DNA from: Macrostomum lignano
Lineage: Eukaryota
Direction of reading: 5' to 3'
Assembly: GCA_002269645.1 (NCBI GenBank)
Contig: NIVC01003776.1
Span: 1-64,000 of the forward strand
Length of the DNA stretch: 64,000 nt
Of this stretch, positions 13,416 through 23,949 are shown piece by piece. Every line of letters begins with the position of its first letter. Position 1 is the first letter of the stretch. Below the pieces are notes generated by a model that ran no database searches, was not told where the DNA came from, and worked only from the letters and a program-made list of their open reading frames with translations. Position numbers and translations under genes: made by a program.

Positions 13416-14238
13416 ACCTAAATCAAATAGTTTTGAAAGAATTTAAATTCGAAAAAAGTCAACATATCATGGAGAAAATACAATACAAAATATACAAACA
13501 GTTCTTCCTATTTTCTTTACCTGAAGAAAAGGTGAAAAGGAGGTCAACCAATAGGGTAGTGTAGGCATTCAAAACAAAGAAAAAAACAAAACAAACAAGT
13601 TAAACAAAGACACACAGTCAAAACAAAGAGTTGTCAGTAAGCGTTATAAATAATAATAAAGACAAAAAACAGGAACAGCAGTTACTGCGAGTCGAGCGGT
13701 GGCAAAATATTGAATCAAATACTACGAGTACTGTACTGGTTGTGACGAGCAGTGTCTTCAGGACCATCTGCTCATATCTATAAGCAATGCTTCAGGACCT
13801 TCTGCTCATAGCTATAAATGACGCTTAGGGATCAAGCAAATGGACACAGAATATGTTATGAAAAACAGGGGTTAGCAGTGTAGTGAATAGTGCAGCTACA
13901 AAAATGGTGGGATAAAGAAATAGGGTATTAAATAGAAAAGCATAGCGCATAGTTTCATAAAAACCAATCAATAGAATCACGAAGTTAACAAATTAATTTT
14001 TAAAAAGATGTAAGCAAACAGAAGCTAATGGAAAAGATAGTGCAGTTCTAATGAAACCAAACCAATGAAAAAATACAATTAACAAAGATATTGTCCCGCG
14101 ACGGTAGCAAAGTACTTTGTGCAAAATTGGCTACTGCAAGTAATACAAAAAAATCTTGTAAATATTTCATTTCATTTCGGTAAAAATTTTAAATAAAAAA
14201 TAACACTGTACCAGAGCAAAAGAAAGAGAGCAATGAAA

Positions 14239-14448
14239 CACACATGCGCAACCCCTCTGATTTACACTGGCCGTGAGTCTCACTTATAAAAGAAGCAAAC
14301 AAAAATTAACGTACTTAATAAAGGTAAACGGCAGGAATAACTACTACTGTAATTTGTAGGCTAAATGCCTCGTCGTCTAATTAGTGGGCATTTTTGCGAC
14401 TTATCTTGGCTGGGCCCTCGCCAGCCGGCCGGGTGTTGCGCATGTATG
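14239..14448. mobile_element. 210-bp hAT-type MITE (copy A) carrying a 28S rRNA fragment
   Basis: TIRs CACACATGCGCAAC (14239-14252) and GTTGCGCATGTATG (14435-14448). The flanking 8-mers CAATGAAA / CGATGAAA match 7 of 8 (TSD). Same TIR as the element at 18827-20899. Confidence 0.85.
14323..14386 (+). other. Degenerate 28S rRNA fragment (helix 69-71 region); not a functional rRNA gene
   Basis: GGTAAACGGCAGGAATAACTACTACTGTAATTTGTAGGCTAAATGCCTCGTCGTCTAATTAGTG versus the eukaryotic 28S sequence recalled from memory, GGTAAACGGCGGGAGTAACTATGACTCTCTTAAGGTAGCCAAATGCCTCGTCATCTAATTAGTG. Confidence 0.85.
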
Positions 14449-14529
14449 CGATGAAATGTCAATTGTAGTCCAGAATGTACTTTTCTAACGACCTTTAGTT
14501 TTATTAATTAATAATTTATTGATTGACAA

Positions 14530-17500
14530 CTAAGTGAGACGCAACTCAAAACAGCCGAGATGCGGCTCTTCAAATTGGATACACTTTTGCTGGAGAAAAT
14601 TTCTAACAACAGGCCTCAATACTGGACCGCTATTAGAGTGCTTCCCGTGTCCAGTAATCACTTTAATAGTCTTTAATCCGCTGCTTGAACTACTATTCAT
14701 AGTAGTCTTTAAAGCTTGTATAGCTTCGCTAGCGTTCATGCCGTGCAAATCCAACTGTTTCTCCCTGGACCCGAACAGTCGGATTCCGAGGTTATTGCCG
14801 CTGCTTCTAGTTGCCATGCCAACCAACTCAGCCCGTTCCTGTCGCTCCTGTTGAGCTAACGAGCCAGCCTGGCGCATATAATGGCCCTGAGCTCGTGGAT
14901 CTTTAGCGTAGGCCGCCTTAGTTAAATAATCGCGTCTTTGAGCACGGTAATCAGCGCTAACTAGGTTCAAATGATCGAATAGGCCTCCTAATTTAGTAGC
15001 TTCATCAGAAGACGTAGATGAGGAGGCTGCGGCTGCAATCGGTGATGGAGACTTCTTGAATACCGCGGAGCTAGCAGCAGCCGCGCCGTCAGGCTCTGTG
15101 GCCGGCTCAAGGCCGCACTCTAACAAAGTGGCAAAGGCGGCTTCATAGCTATTGCCACAGTCAGCTAGTAGAGAAGCGGCCGCGTCCTCAGATAGGCCTG
15201 GAAAAGCTCTAAACAGTCGGTCAAGATTAATCCGACTCGATAATGGATCGCTTGCTCTCCACCGGCTGTCTGATAGGGCTGGCGAAGAGTAAGACGATAC
15301 GGGTTGGCGCTGCTGCTGCTGCTGCTGCGCAGACACGCCAATATGGTCAAGAAAGGCCAAATAAATCAGCGACAAAACTTCATCTGGCGGAGTCCAATCG
15401 GCTAAGAAATCTTCGCCAACTTCAGATAATAAATTGCCAACAGTTGCATTGTTTTTGGAGTTCAATTTTTTACCAAATCGTTCATGCAAAGCCATTAAGT
15501 TGGTCTTAGTAATAAATCCTGATAGTGCCTGCAAATGTTTTGTAGCGAAATATCCAGGTTTTTAAGCTGTCTCTAACAGCTGCTATTGACTCTCATTAGT
15601 GACCTTACCTGATGATAAGGGACAATAGCCACAAGTGAGTCACAGGTGACACAAGACACAACAGGCACAAAGCGCATTCACCAGGTAACACCAGACACAA
15701 CAGTCACAAAGCACATTCATCGGGTGACTCCAGACACAACAGTCACAAAGCACCTTCACCAGGTGTTTCAAGACACAACACGTGACAACAGTCAAAGCGC
15801 ATTCACCAGGTGACACCAGAGCTCAGACTAAACAGTCACAAAGCACATTCACAAACTTGGATACTTTTTGTTATTGCCGATCAGGTAGAAAATTGTTAGA
15901 GTTTTAATTAAAGCTTTTACCTGATCATCGCTATACATATCTTTAACCACCTCGGCAGCGACTGGACTTTTAGAAGCCCAATTAGCTACATACTTAGGAC
16001 TTTCTTCGAGTCCTACAGAGAATTCCACACCAGATTGTTGCTGTTCCACAATTTCAGACACCAACAATGACGGAGAGCATTCATTAGAGACTAAAAGCGG
16101 AGCCATGCCAGCACCATCATCTTCAACTGGTAGCTTAGCATCGCCTTTATAAGCCTCAGATAATTGATTCAACTGTTCGATAGTGGCCGTCAAATCGTTC
16201 TCATTAGCTCGATACATTTCAATCAGCACTTCGGCATCAAAGTCGGGAAATATGCTAGCTAGATAAGCGGAATTGTCGTCCTCTTCTATGGCTGCGACGC
16301 GATCCGCGACTAAACAGACCTGAGCGTCGGCAACGACCTCATTCGAGCACAATGATGAAGCAGCTAGATCAGCATCAACACCAACACTATTGCTTGGAGT
16401 CTGTTGAGGCCGAGTCTCGAACAGACTGCGCCATTCGTTGACGTGAGCAACGCTTCGAAGGCAATCGTTAAATGATTGAACCATTTCAGGCTGACGATAT
16501 TGATCCATTGGCTGGTGTCTTGCCTGCAGTGTTATTTTTTAATAGAAAATATCAGTAAATAACAAGAGCAAACTTTTTTGATCTTCATGTTCAAATACCA
16601 TCATTATATGCATGATCATGTCTTTGGTCATATGCATGATCATGTCTTTGATCATATGCATGATCATGTCCTTGATCATATGCATGATCATGTCTTTGAT
16701 CATATGCATGATCATGTCCTTGATCATATGCATGATCATGTCTTTGATCATATGCATGATCATGTCCTTGATCATATGCATGATCATGTCTTTGATCATA
16801 TGCATGATCATGTCCTTGATCATATGCATGATCATGTCCTTGATCATATGCATGATCATGTCTTTGATCATATGCATGATCATGTCCTTGATCATATGCA
16901 TGATCATGTCTTTGATCATATGCATGATCATGTCCTTGATCATATGCATGATCATGTCTTTGATCATATGCATGATCATGTCTTTGATCATATGCATGAT
17001 TATGTCTTTGATCATATGCATGATCATGTCTTTGATCATATGCATGATTATGTCTTTGATCGTATGCATGATCATGTCTTTGATCATATGCATGATCATG
17101 TCTTTGATCATATGCATGATTATGTCTTTGATCATATGCATGATCATGTCTTTGATCATATGCATGATCATGTCCTTGATCATATGCGTGCAATTAATAT
17201 TCCTCTCCAACAAGGGGGAACCCCAACTTTCTTATTTGCTAAAATTTGCCCGAATCATTAACATTGCCAAACGTATTAACTTTCTGATAAACAGGGCTAA
17301 TAAAACTAATAGATATAAATAGCATAGCTTGAAATAAACCCTCTACCACACACAAACACATGGTGACCCACCTGAGATCTAGTATGAACGCTGTTAACCT
17401 TTGGCAATTGTAAAACTTTCAGGCAATACACCGTATTACCATGGCGCGAATCGTTAACCAGCGCGTTGGCCAATTTAGCTCCGACATTGCAGACTTCGTT

Positions 17501-18643
17501 GGGCAGCTGCTCAACGCCATCTTCGTCATCAACTAAACGCAATTGTTCAAAAATTTTGCGCATTTCTTGCAGTTTCTTTTTAGGCACAGAGTGCACATTG
17601 CGTTGGGCTAATTGGACAACATCGAATTTCCAATACGTATTCGGTTCAGTTACTATGCTTAGATAATTATGAGTAGCGGCCAGAGGTAAATATGATACAA
17701 ACTCGCTCGTTTTAACATTTGTATTGTCGATAATGACAATGGGCTTGCGATCCAACATGCAACTGCTTACTAAAATTGGTAGTAGGTGCACAATAACTTC
17801 ATGTAATTGGCTGGCTTTTATAGTAAAAAACAGGTTGAAATACCTCGAAACTACTACTGGTCATCTGATGATTCGGTTAGATACTCATTGCTCATTGAAC
17901 TGGATACTACTGCAATACCTTGTACCGAAATGTCACGGTACAAGTCGCTAAAAAGTTGTCAAAGAGTCATCTAAGAGTTCAATTTAAGGTGTTTTGTTGT
18001 CTGCGACTCCACTCTATTTAGTCTACTTAAGTCAGTAGAAAGTTGAGCACTAGCAGAACAATTCTTGGACGACTTTTTGGCGGCCCTAGAGTCGCTAGAG
18101 TCAATGGCGAGTTGTTTGCAATGACTCTTTAGCGATTCTGGTCACGTTAACATTTTGAATGGGATGCTTATTGAACTGGATACTACTTATTGCTTAATAC
18201 AAGTGAGCATATGCTCACATCAATCTATACTTAAAAATAGATAAATTAGAAACTTTTGAAAAATAAGTTGCTTACCTTTATTTCTACATTGAACATGAGC
18301 ATTTGAGATTAATGTTGGTTTGTAGTCATACTCTCCTGTTGGACTATAGAAATAATCATCTGCACTACATATGCAACATGCATTGTTGCCAAATTCAGCC
18401 AAAATAGATCTAAAATTAAATTATTATACAATTATATTAATCAAATAGAAATCAATGTCAGTGTGTTAACTAATGCAAAAAAATATAAATCTATTTTAAA
18501 CTTTCTTACTTTGCAAGTGTTGATTTTCCACTACCAGGCAAGCCTCTCAAGATAATAAGTAGGTTGTAATTCTGTCCAAGATACAATTCAATGATAGGTA
18601 ATATTGGATGTCTGAATTTTTCTTGCTGCCCTTTTGATTCCAT
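14530..18643 (-). CDS. N4BP2: NEDD4-binding protein 2-like (P-loop polynucleotide kinase + CUE + DUF1771 + Smr endonuclease), 5 exons, 755 aa
   Basis: Exons on -: 18510-18643, 18276-18409, 17372-17769, 15921-16523, 14530-15528. GT-AG introns, phases consistent, 2268 nt. Motifs: LIILRGLPGSGKST (Walker A), SADDYF, IIDNTN, EPNTYWKF..LAQRNVHSVP, CUE-like YLASIFPDFD and LFRAFPGLS, Smr LDLHGMNASEAI...VITGHGKHS..PVLRPVVRNFL. Confidence 0.92.
15640..15852. repeat. ~39-bp degenerate tandem repeat, N4BP2 intron 4
   Basis: CACAAAGCACATTCACCAGGTGACACCAGACACAACAGT-like units. Confidence 0.8.
16605..17186. repeat. 24-bp palindrome-rich minisatellite, N4BP2 intron 3
   Basis: (GATCATATGCATGATCATGTCYTT)n. 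Confidence 0.95.
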
Positions 18644-18923
18644 TGTGGCTATAGCTAGACAGGAAAGGGTTTGATATTATGATTGTCTTGTCAATAGTTT
18701 AAAAAGTTATAAACTTTACTCATCTGGAATTAAATGGCAAGTATATTGTATAAAAAGCCAAAAATTCATGTTAAAGTATAAACAAGAAATGTATAAAAGA
18801 ATAATTTCACTTCTAAACATGTATAACATACATGCGCAACTTCTGAAATTACGCTGGCCTTGCGACTTAGTTTTCGATCAAAAATGCGACTTACCTATGT
18901 AAAAAAGCTAAACAAAGAATTGT

Positions 18924-18988
18924 GGGTAAACGGCAGGAGTAACTATGACCATATTTTAAAGGCTAAATGCCTCGCCAGCTAATTAGTG
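18924..18988 (+). other. Degenerate 28S rRNA fragment (helix 69-71 region); not a functional rRNA gene
   Basis: Against the recalled 28S sequence the first 26 nt match 25/26 (GGGTAAACGGCAGGAGTAACTATGAC) and the last 27 nt match 24/27 (GCTAAATGCCTCGCCAGCTAATTAGTG); the central 12 nt are diverged. Confidence 0.9.
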
Positions 18989-20344
18989 CAGATTTCGTGG
19001 TTCTTACTACAGCTAATCAGTATATCATAGTGGCGGCCTGAGGCAATTAGTAATGATGACAATGAGTAAAGACATGTAATGACAAAAGTCATGATTCATG
19101 AATGTCTAGAAGTAAGTGAATTGAATACAGTGTGGCCTATAGCTCAAGAATAATTTCACTTGCTAGACGATTTGGCATGGAAGATGAGAGCCCTGATTCA
19201 GATGGCTCATCAGATGCAGAATACAAATCCAGTAGAGATACAAGCTGTGAAAACCCACAGATTTTGAAACCACTGAATTCCAATTTCCGGAACTATTTTG
19301 CATAGATTCTTAAATTTGAAGTCATGCTCAAACAAAAACTAGTTAACAGTTAGGAAAAAGGCAAACAAGGATGGGAGTAAATGCATGTTAAATTAAGATT
19401 TGAGGCCTTTGCAAATTCTCTCCTTTCCTCAATCTTCTCATCCTCTTTTTCTTTTCTCTCTCATCCCTCATCCCTTCTCTCTTTCCTCTCCTCTCTCCTC
19501 TCTTTCCTCCTCTCTTATCTCTTCTGTCTCCTGTCTACATTCTTATCTCTCCTCTCGTCTCTCTCCACTTCACTCTACTCTCTCATCTTATCTCTCCTCT
19601 CGTCTCTCTCCACTCAACTCTCTCATCTCATCTCTCCTCTCTTCTCTACTCTCTTATCTCTCCTCTCTTCACTCTCCTCTTATCTCCTCCTTATCCTCTC
19701 TTCTCTCGTCTACTCTCTTATCTCCTTTCTTCTCTCCTCTTTCCTCTTTCCTCTCTTTTCTGATCTCATCCATCATCATATCTTTCCTCTTTCCTCTCAT
19801 CTCTCTCATCTCTCTCCTCCCTCAGCTTTTCTCTCATCTTCTATCTTTTCTCCCATTGCATCGCTCGCCTCTCCTCTGTTTGCTTATCTCCAATCTTCTA
19901 TTCCCTCTACTTTGAAGTAAGAAAATATGCACACATTTTTGCTGAAGATAAGAGGAGAGAAGAGGGCATTGAGGAGAAAGGGTAGAGAGAAAAGGGGAGA
20001 AAGGAGAGGGGAGAAGAGAGGAGAGTAAAAATGAAAGGAGAGAGAAGAGGGAAAAGGGGGAGAGAGAGAAGAGGGGAGGCAAGGTAGAGAAGAAGAGAGA
20101 GATGAGAGTTGAAGAGACACCAACCTTGTTAGTTAGAAAGTTTCAAAGAACCCGAGGGGCGAGGGCCAGATAGAGGGGCTTCGCGAGCTGGACTTTGCCG
20201 ACCCCTGCTCCGGAGTTAAAGAAATCAATGGGAAACTGTTACATAGGCTGCTGATTTCAAAGATCTTGTCTGTGGTTGAAGGCTTCTATTCTGTTTTTTT
20301 GCTCTCCTGCCACACTTGCACCTACTACCCCTTGATCGCCTCTG

Positions 20345-20712
20345 ATTGCGACTTACTTCCCTCTTATTGCGACTTAGTTGCTCCTTTTGCGACTTACCTA
20401 ATCCTTTTTGCAACTTAGTTGCTCCTTTTGCGACTTACCTAATCCTTTTGCGACTTACCTAATCCTTTTGCGACTTGACCTAATCCTTTTTGCGACTTAG
20501 TTGCTCCTTTTGCGACTTACCTAATCCTTTTGCGACTTGACCTAATCCTTTTTGCGACTTAGTTGCTCCTTTTGCGACTTACCTAATCCTTTTGCGACTT
20601 ACCTAATCCTTTTTGCGACTTACCTAATCCTTTTTGCGACTTACCTAATCCTTTTGCGACTTGACCGAATCCTTTTTGCAACTTAGTTGCTCCTTTTGCG
20701 ACTTACCTAATC
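20345..20712. repeat. Subterminal tandem repeat of hAT copy B
   Basis: TTTTGCGACTTACCTAATCC and TTTTGCGACTTAGTTGCTCC units. Confidence 0.9.
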
Positions 20713-21197
20713 ATTTGTGCAATTTAATTTGCTTCTGCTGCAACTTGTTTTTCTTTTGCTTCACCATTTTACTTCCCTATATTGCTTTTTCCTCTTGCAT
20801 TTTTTCGTTTTTGGTCAACTCGATTTTGCGACTTACCCTGGTCCACCACAATTCACGGTGGCCGGATCGGCCAGCTCGGCCAGCAGTTGCGCATGTATGA
20901 TGTATAATATATAAGCTTGAACTATATTGCAAATTTTTATTAAAGAGATACTTAAGATTTAGCTTTATAACTTAACTTTTATATTAAAATAATATCTATA
21001 TAATATTATAATGGCTTTATATGCCAAGTAAATAATTATGTATACTTGCTTCCAAAACTAGATTCTGTTAAACAATTAAGTATACATAGAGCATATTTTA
21101 TATACTGCTAATAAATACGATACTAAGAGGAAATCAAAGTGAAATAAAGTAAACCTCATATATAATGATATTAATATTAAAATGCATTAGATATTAG

Positions 21198-21593
21198 TAG
21201 AGGTCAGACCAGATTAAAATCTTTAGGCGGGATCAGGAAAAATTTTTTCTTAGGATCAGGATCGGGATTCGGGAATTGGGATCAGGTCTTTTAGTGTATT
21301 GTAGCTTGTAGGTCTATATAAAGTTAAACAAAATTGAGCTAAAAATGTCAAGATCAAAAAAGTAGAATACAAAAAAATTGATGCAAAGTTTTGTAACCAA
21401 TAAATTAATAATGTAATGAGTACAAGGTAAAACAAAATACATTCAAGTAATCACTAATTCTATAAATTTTAATCAAAAGACCTGTTCCTATTTATCATGT
21501 TTTTTAGGGTTGGGATTCTAGTCCCGCAGGAATCCAATTTTCTTCAGGATCCCGAGATTTCGGGATCGGGATTGGGATCCCATCTAACCTCTA
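21198..21593. mobile_element. 396-bp hAT (Ac-like termini) MITE
   Basis: TIR TAGAGGTCAGA / TCTAACCTCTA (one mismatch), perfect 8-bp TSD GATATTAG (21190-21197 and 21594-21601), subterminal CGGGAT/GGGATC motifs. Confidence 0.9.
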
Positions 21594-23949
21594 GATATTA
21601 GACAATATATAATGTAATAGAAAGGCTATGACCTTTTAATTGCAATAATACAATATACCAGTATAACAATATATTTGCAAAATCATTATAATTTTAGCAA
21701 TTTTATCATTATAATTTTAGGTAGCAAAATATGTAAGTGCTTATACACACATACAAATGGAGGTCCAAAGTTGAATGTTAAAAAAGCATTCTATTAACAC
21801 TCATATCAACTATTAGCATGCTACATTCAATTTGTTTTGTATGTATATGTGTATATATGTGAATGCTTGCATGCAAAAAAATTTGTAAATATAATGCTAT
21901 ACTTATGGCAACATTGTGTTAAAGTTTTGTCAACATTGGTTTCAAATGACAAAAGTAAATCAGGCGCATTACGTGGGCCACCCTAGATTATAGTGTAGTA
22001 ATAGTGTTATAGGGAGAAGGAGTAAGGATGATATATACCTAGCATAGTTAGTAACATATTAAAGTTCATATCCCAAAACCAGTGGTCAACTTTCCTCAGA
22101 TCTCAGCTCTAAGTGACATAATTCACAATCACACCATGTTTACAGGAAGCAGGCTTATATAGGCTGATTTCACAATCAAGCTAATATGAAAAAATAAACT
22201 AATATTAATGTATTGTCAATGATAATATTAAGAATTAATTATTTCATTCATTCATTATTCAACTAATAAATAATTAATCATTTGACTAATAGCTTTGGGA
22301 TGGAAACATTAACATGTTGCTGAGTATAGTATTTATATATATCATTATAATATATAGCCATAGCCTAGACCCTACTATAGCCAATGCTAGAATGCTAGAA
22401 AATTAGAATTATAGACACATTTATAGGCCTACACATTTTCTTATGTTTAAATAAAGAGTGCCTTGACATTAAACACTTGGCTTGATTGCTTGTCTTATTT
22501 TCTAGATTTTATTTAAAAGCAGTGCAAATAAAGAAAATGAGATTAAAATGAAAATAGGTAATAAGACTATAGTATAGCTATAGGCCTATCTAAACCACAC
22601 TTCCATATCCACTTTTTAAATTTCAATCAGGTGCAAATTTAAATTTTAGAATGTATAGGACCCCTATGCCATGGCAATGCTGAGTAAGTGAGTGCTGATG
22701 ATGTGATACACATTGCACAAAAAACAGGTGGTGGCTGGAGGGGAATGATGGGATAGGCCTAGCCTAGGCTAGGGATAGCAGATGCAAATGGGGTGATATT
22801 CTAATGATAAAATACCTAGACAACAAATTTGGTGACAACAAAATGACAGAACCACTAATGGCGACTGAATTTTGCCTTTGAGACTGATGTCGATGTGATC
22901 CTGATGATGAGCTAGAGCTAGGCCTTGGCTAACTTGGCAGGTGGATTTCTAGCAAAAAAGATTAAAAACCATATTAATGAGTGAAATAAATATGTTGCAT
23001 GTTGGTCTGTACCACTCTGCCTTTTACTCTTTTAATTAGCATTAAGTATCCTTGGTGTAGACTATAGTTGAAGTTAGTAAGCTGTAAATAATACAAAATA
23101 GTACTGTACGCAGTGTACTCAGTGTACTTGGCGTGTCGCGGAATAGATGACGGCGCGAATCCATGATGTTGAACCCACTACCCACCCACGCGCTGATAAA
23201 ACTCCGATACTTTCACAAAATAACAAAGCAGAACTTTTTTTTCAACGAGAAGGTATTACATTTTTTTATAGTATTTAGGGTTTTTACCTTTATATTGATT
23301 TCTGTTTTGGTGCTTTAGCATAGGCTAAATATACGTGTCTTGAAAAAGTTTAACTTCATGATTTTCGTAGAATCAAAGATTTAGCTATTATTTTTTTCAT
23401 GGGTGATTATTCATTTAACTAGTATTTAAAAGTTAAGTAAACGAACAATTTCATTTTTTATAAATTTAAAATTTATGTTTTAAAATCAAAATTTTCTTTT
23501 TGTTAATTTCTAAGTATATAGGCCATAGACCTACCGAAGTTTATGCCATTATTATTGAAAATTATTATTGTTTTCGTGAGCTAAAGCGATCAGCATAAAG
23601 CATGAAACTTCTGACTGGGTGGCTAAAATTAGAAATTAAAAAAATAAATTTAAAATTTTAACTGTAATATCAAATATAAAAAATATTGTGACTGAAAGTA
23701 CTGCAATTATGTACATTGTAGTAATTTATACTCATGAAGTATACATGTAATTAGCTACAATATATTTACTATGCCATTACACTTTTACTTACCATAATTT
23801 TAGTAAGTTTTTGACATATTGAGCTATTAATAACATCTACTAAACATAAAAATTAAATTTAAGTTGGCAATTTTAAGATAGTATTGAAATCTATACTTTG
23901 ATATCTGAATTTTGATTTCCGCTTTATAATTGACTCATCACTTACCAGA

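Larger units (their letters stand above)
18827..20899. mobile_element. 2073-bp non-autonomous hAT (Buster/Charlie-like) DNA transposon (copy B) carrying a 28S rRNA fragment
   Basis: Perfect 14-bp TIR CATACATGCGCAAC (18827-18840) / GTTGCGCATGTATG (20886-20899). Perfect 8-bp TSD ATGTATAA (18819-18826 and 20900-20907) with central TA. Subterminal TGCGACTTA motifs near both ends and as an array at 20345-20712. No transposase ORF. Confidence 0.92.

Noticed and set aside
14323-18988. Functional rRNA gene or rDNA unit
   Set aside because: Only 64-65 bp match, with substitutions, and no flanking 28S, 5.8S or 18S sequence.
19381-20123. Leu/Ser-rich membrane-protein-like ORFs
   Set aside because: They arise from the CT-rich low-complexity tract inside hAT copy B.
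23162-23197. Box C/D snoRNA-like ATGATG...CTGA
   Set aside because: Too short, imperfect C box, no terminal stem and no evident rRNA-complementary guide.
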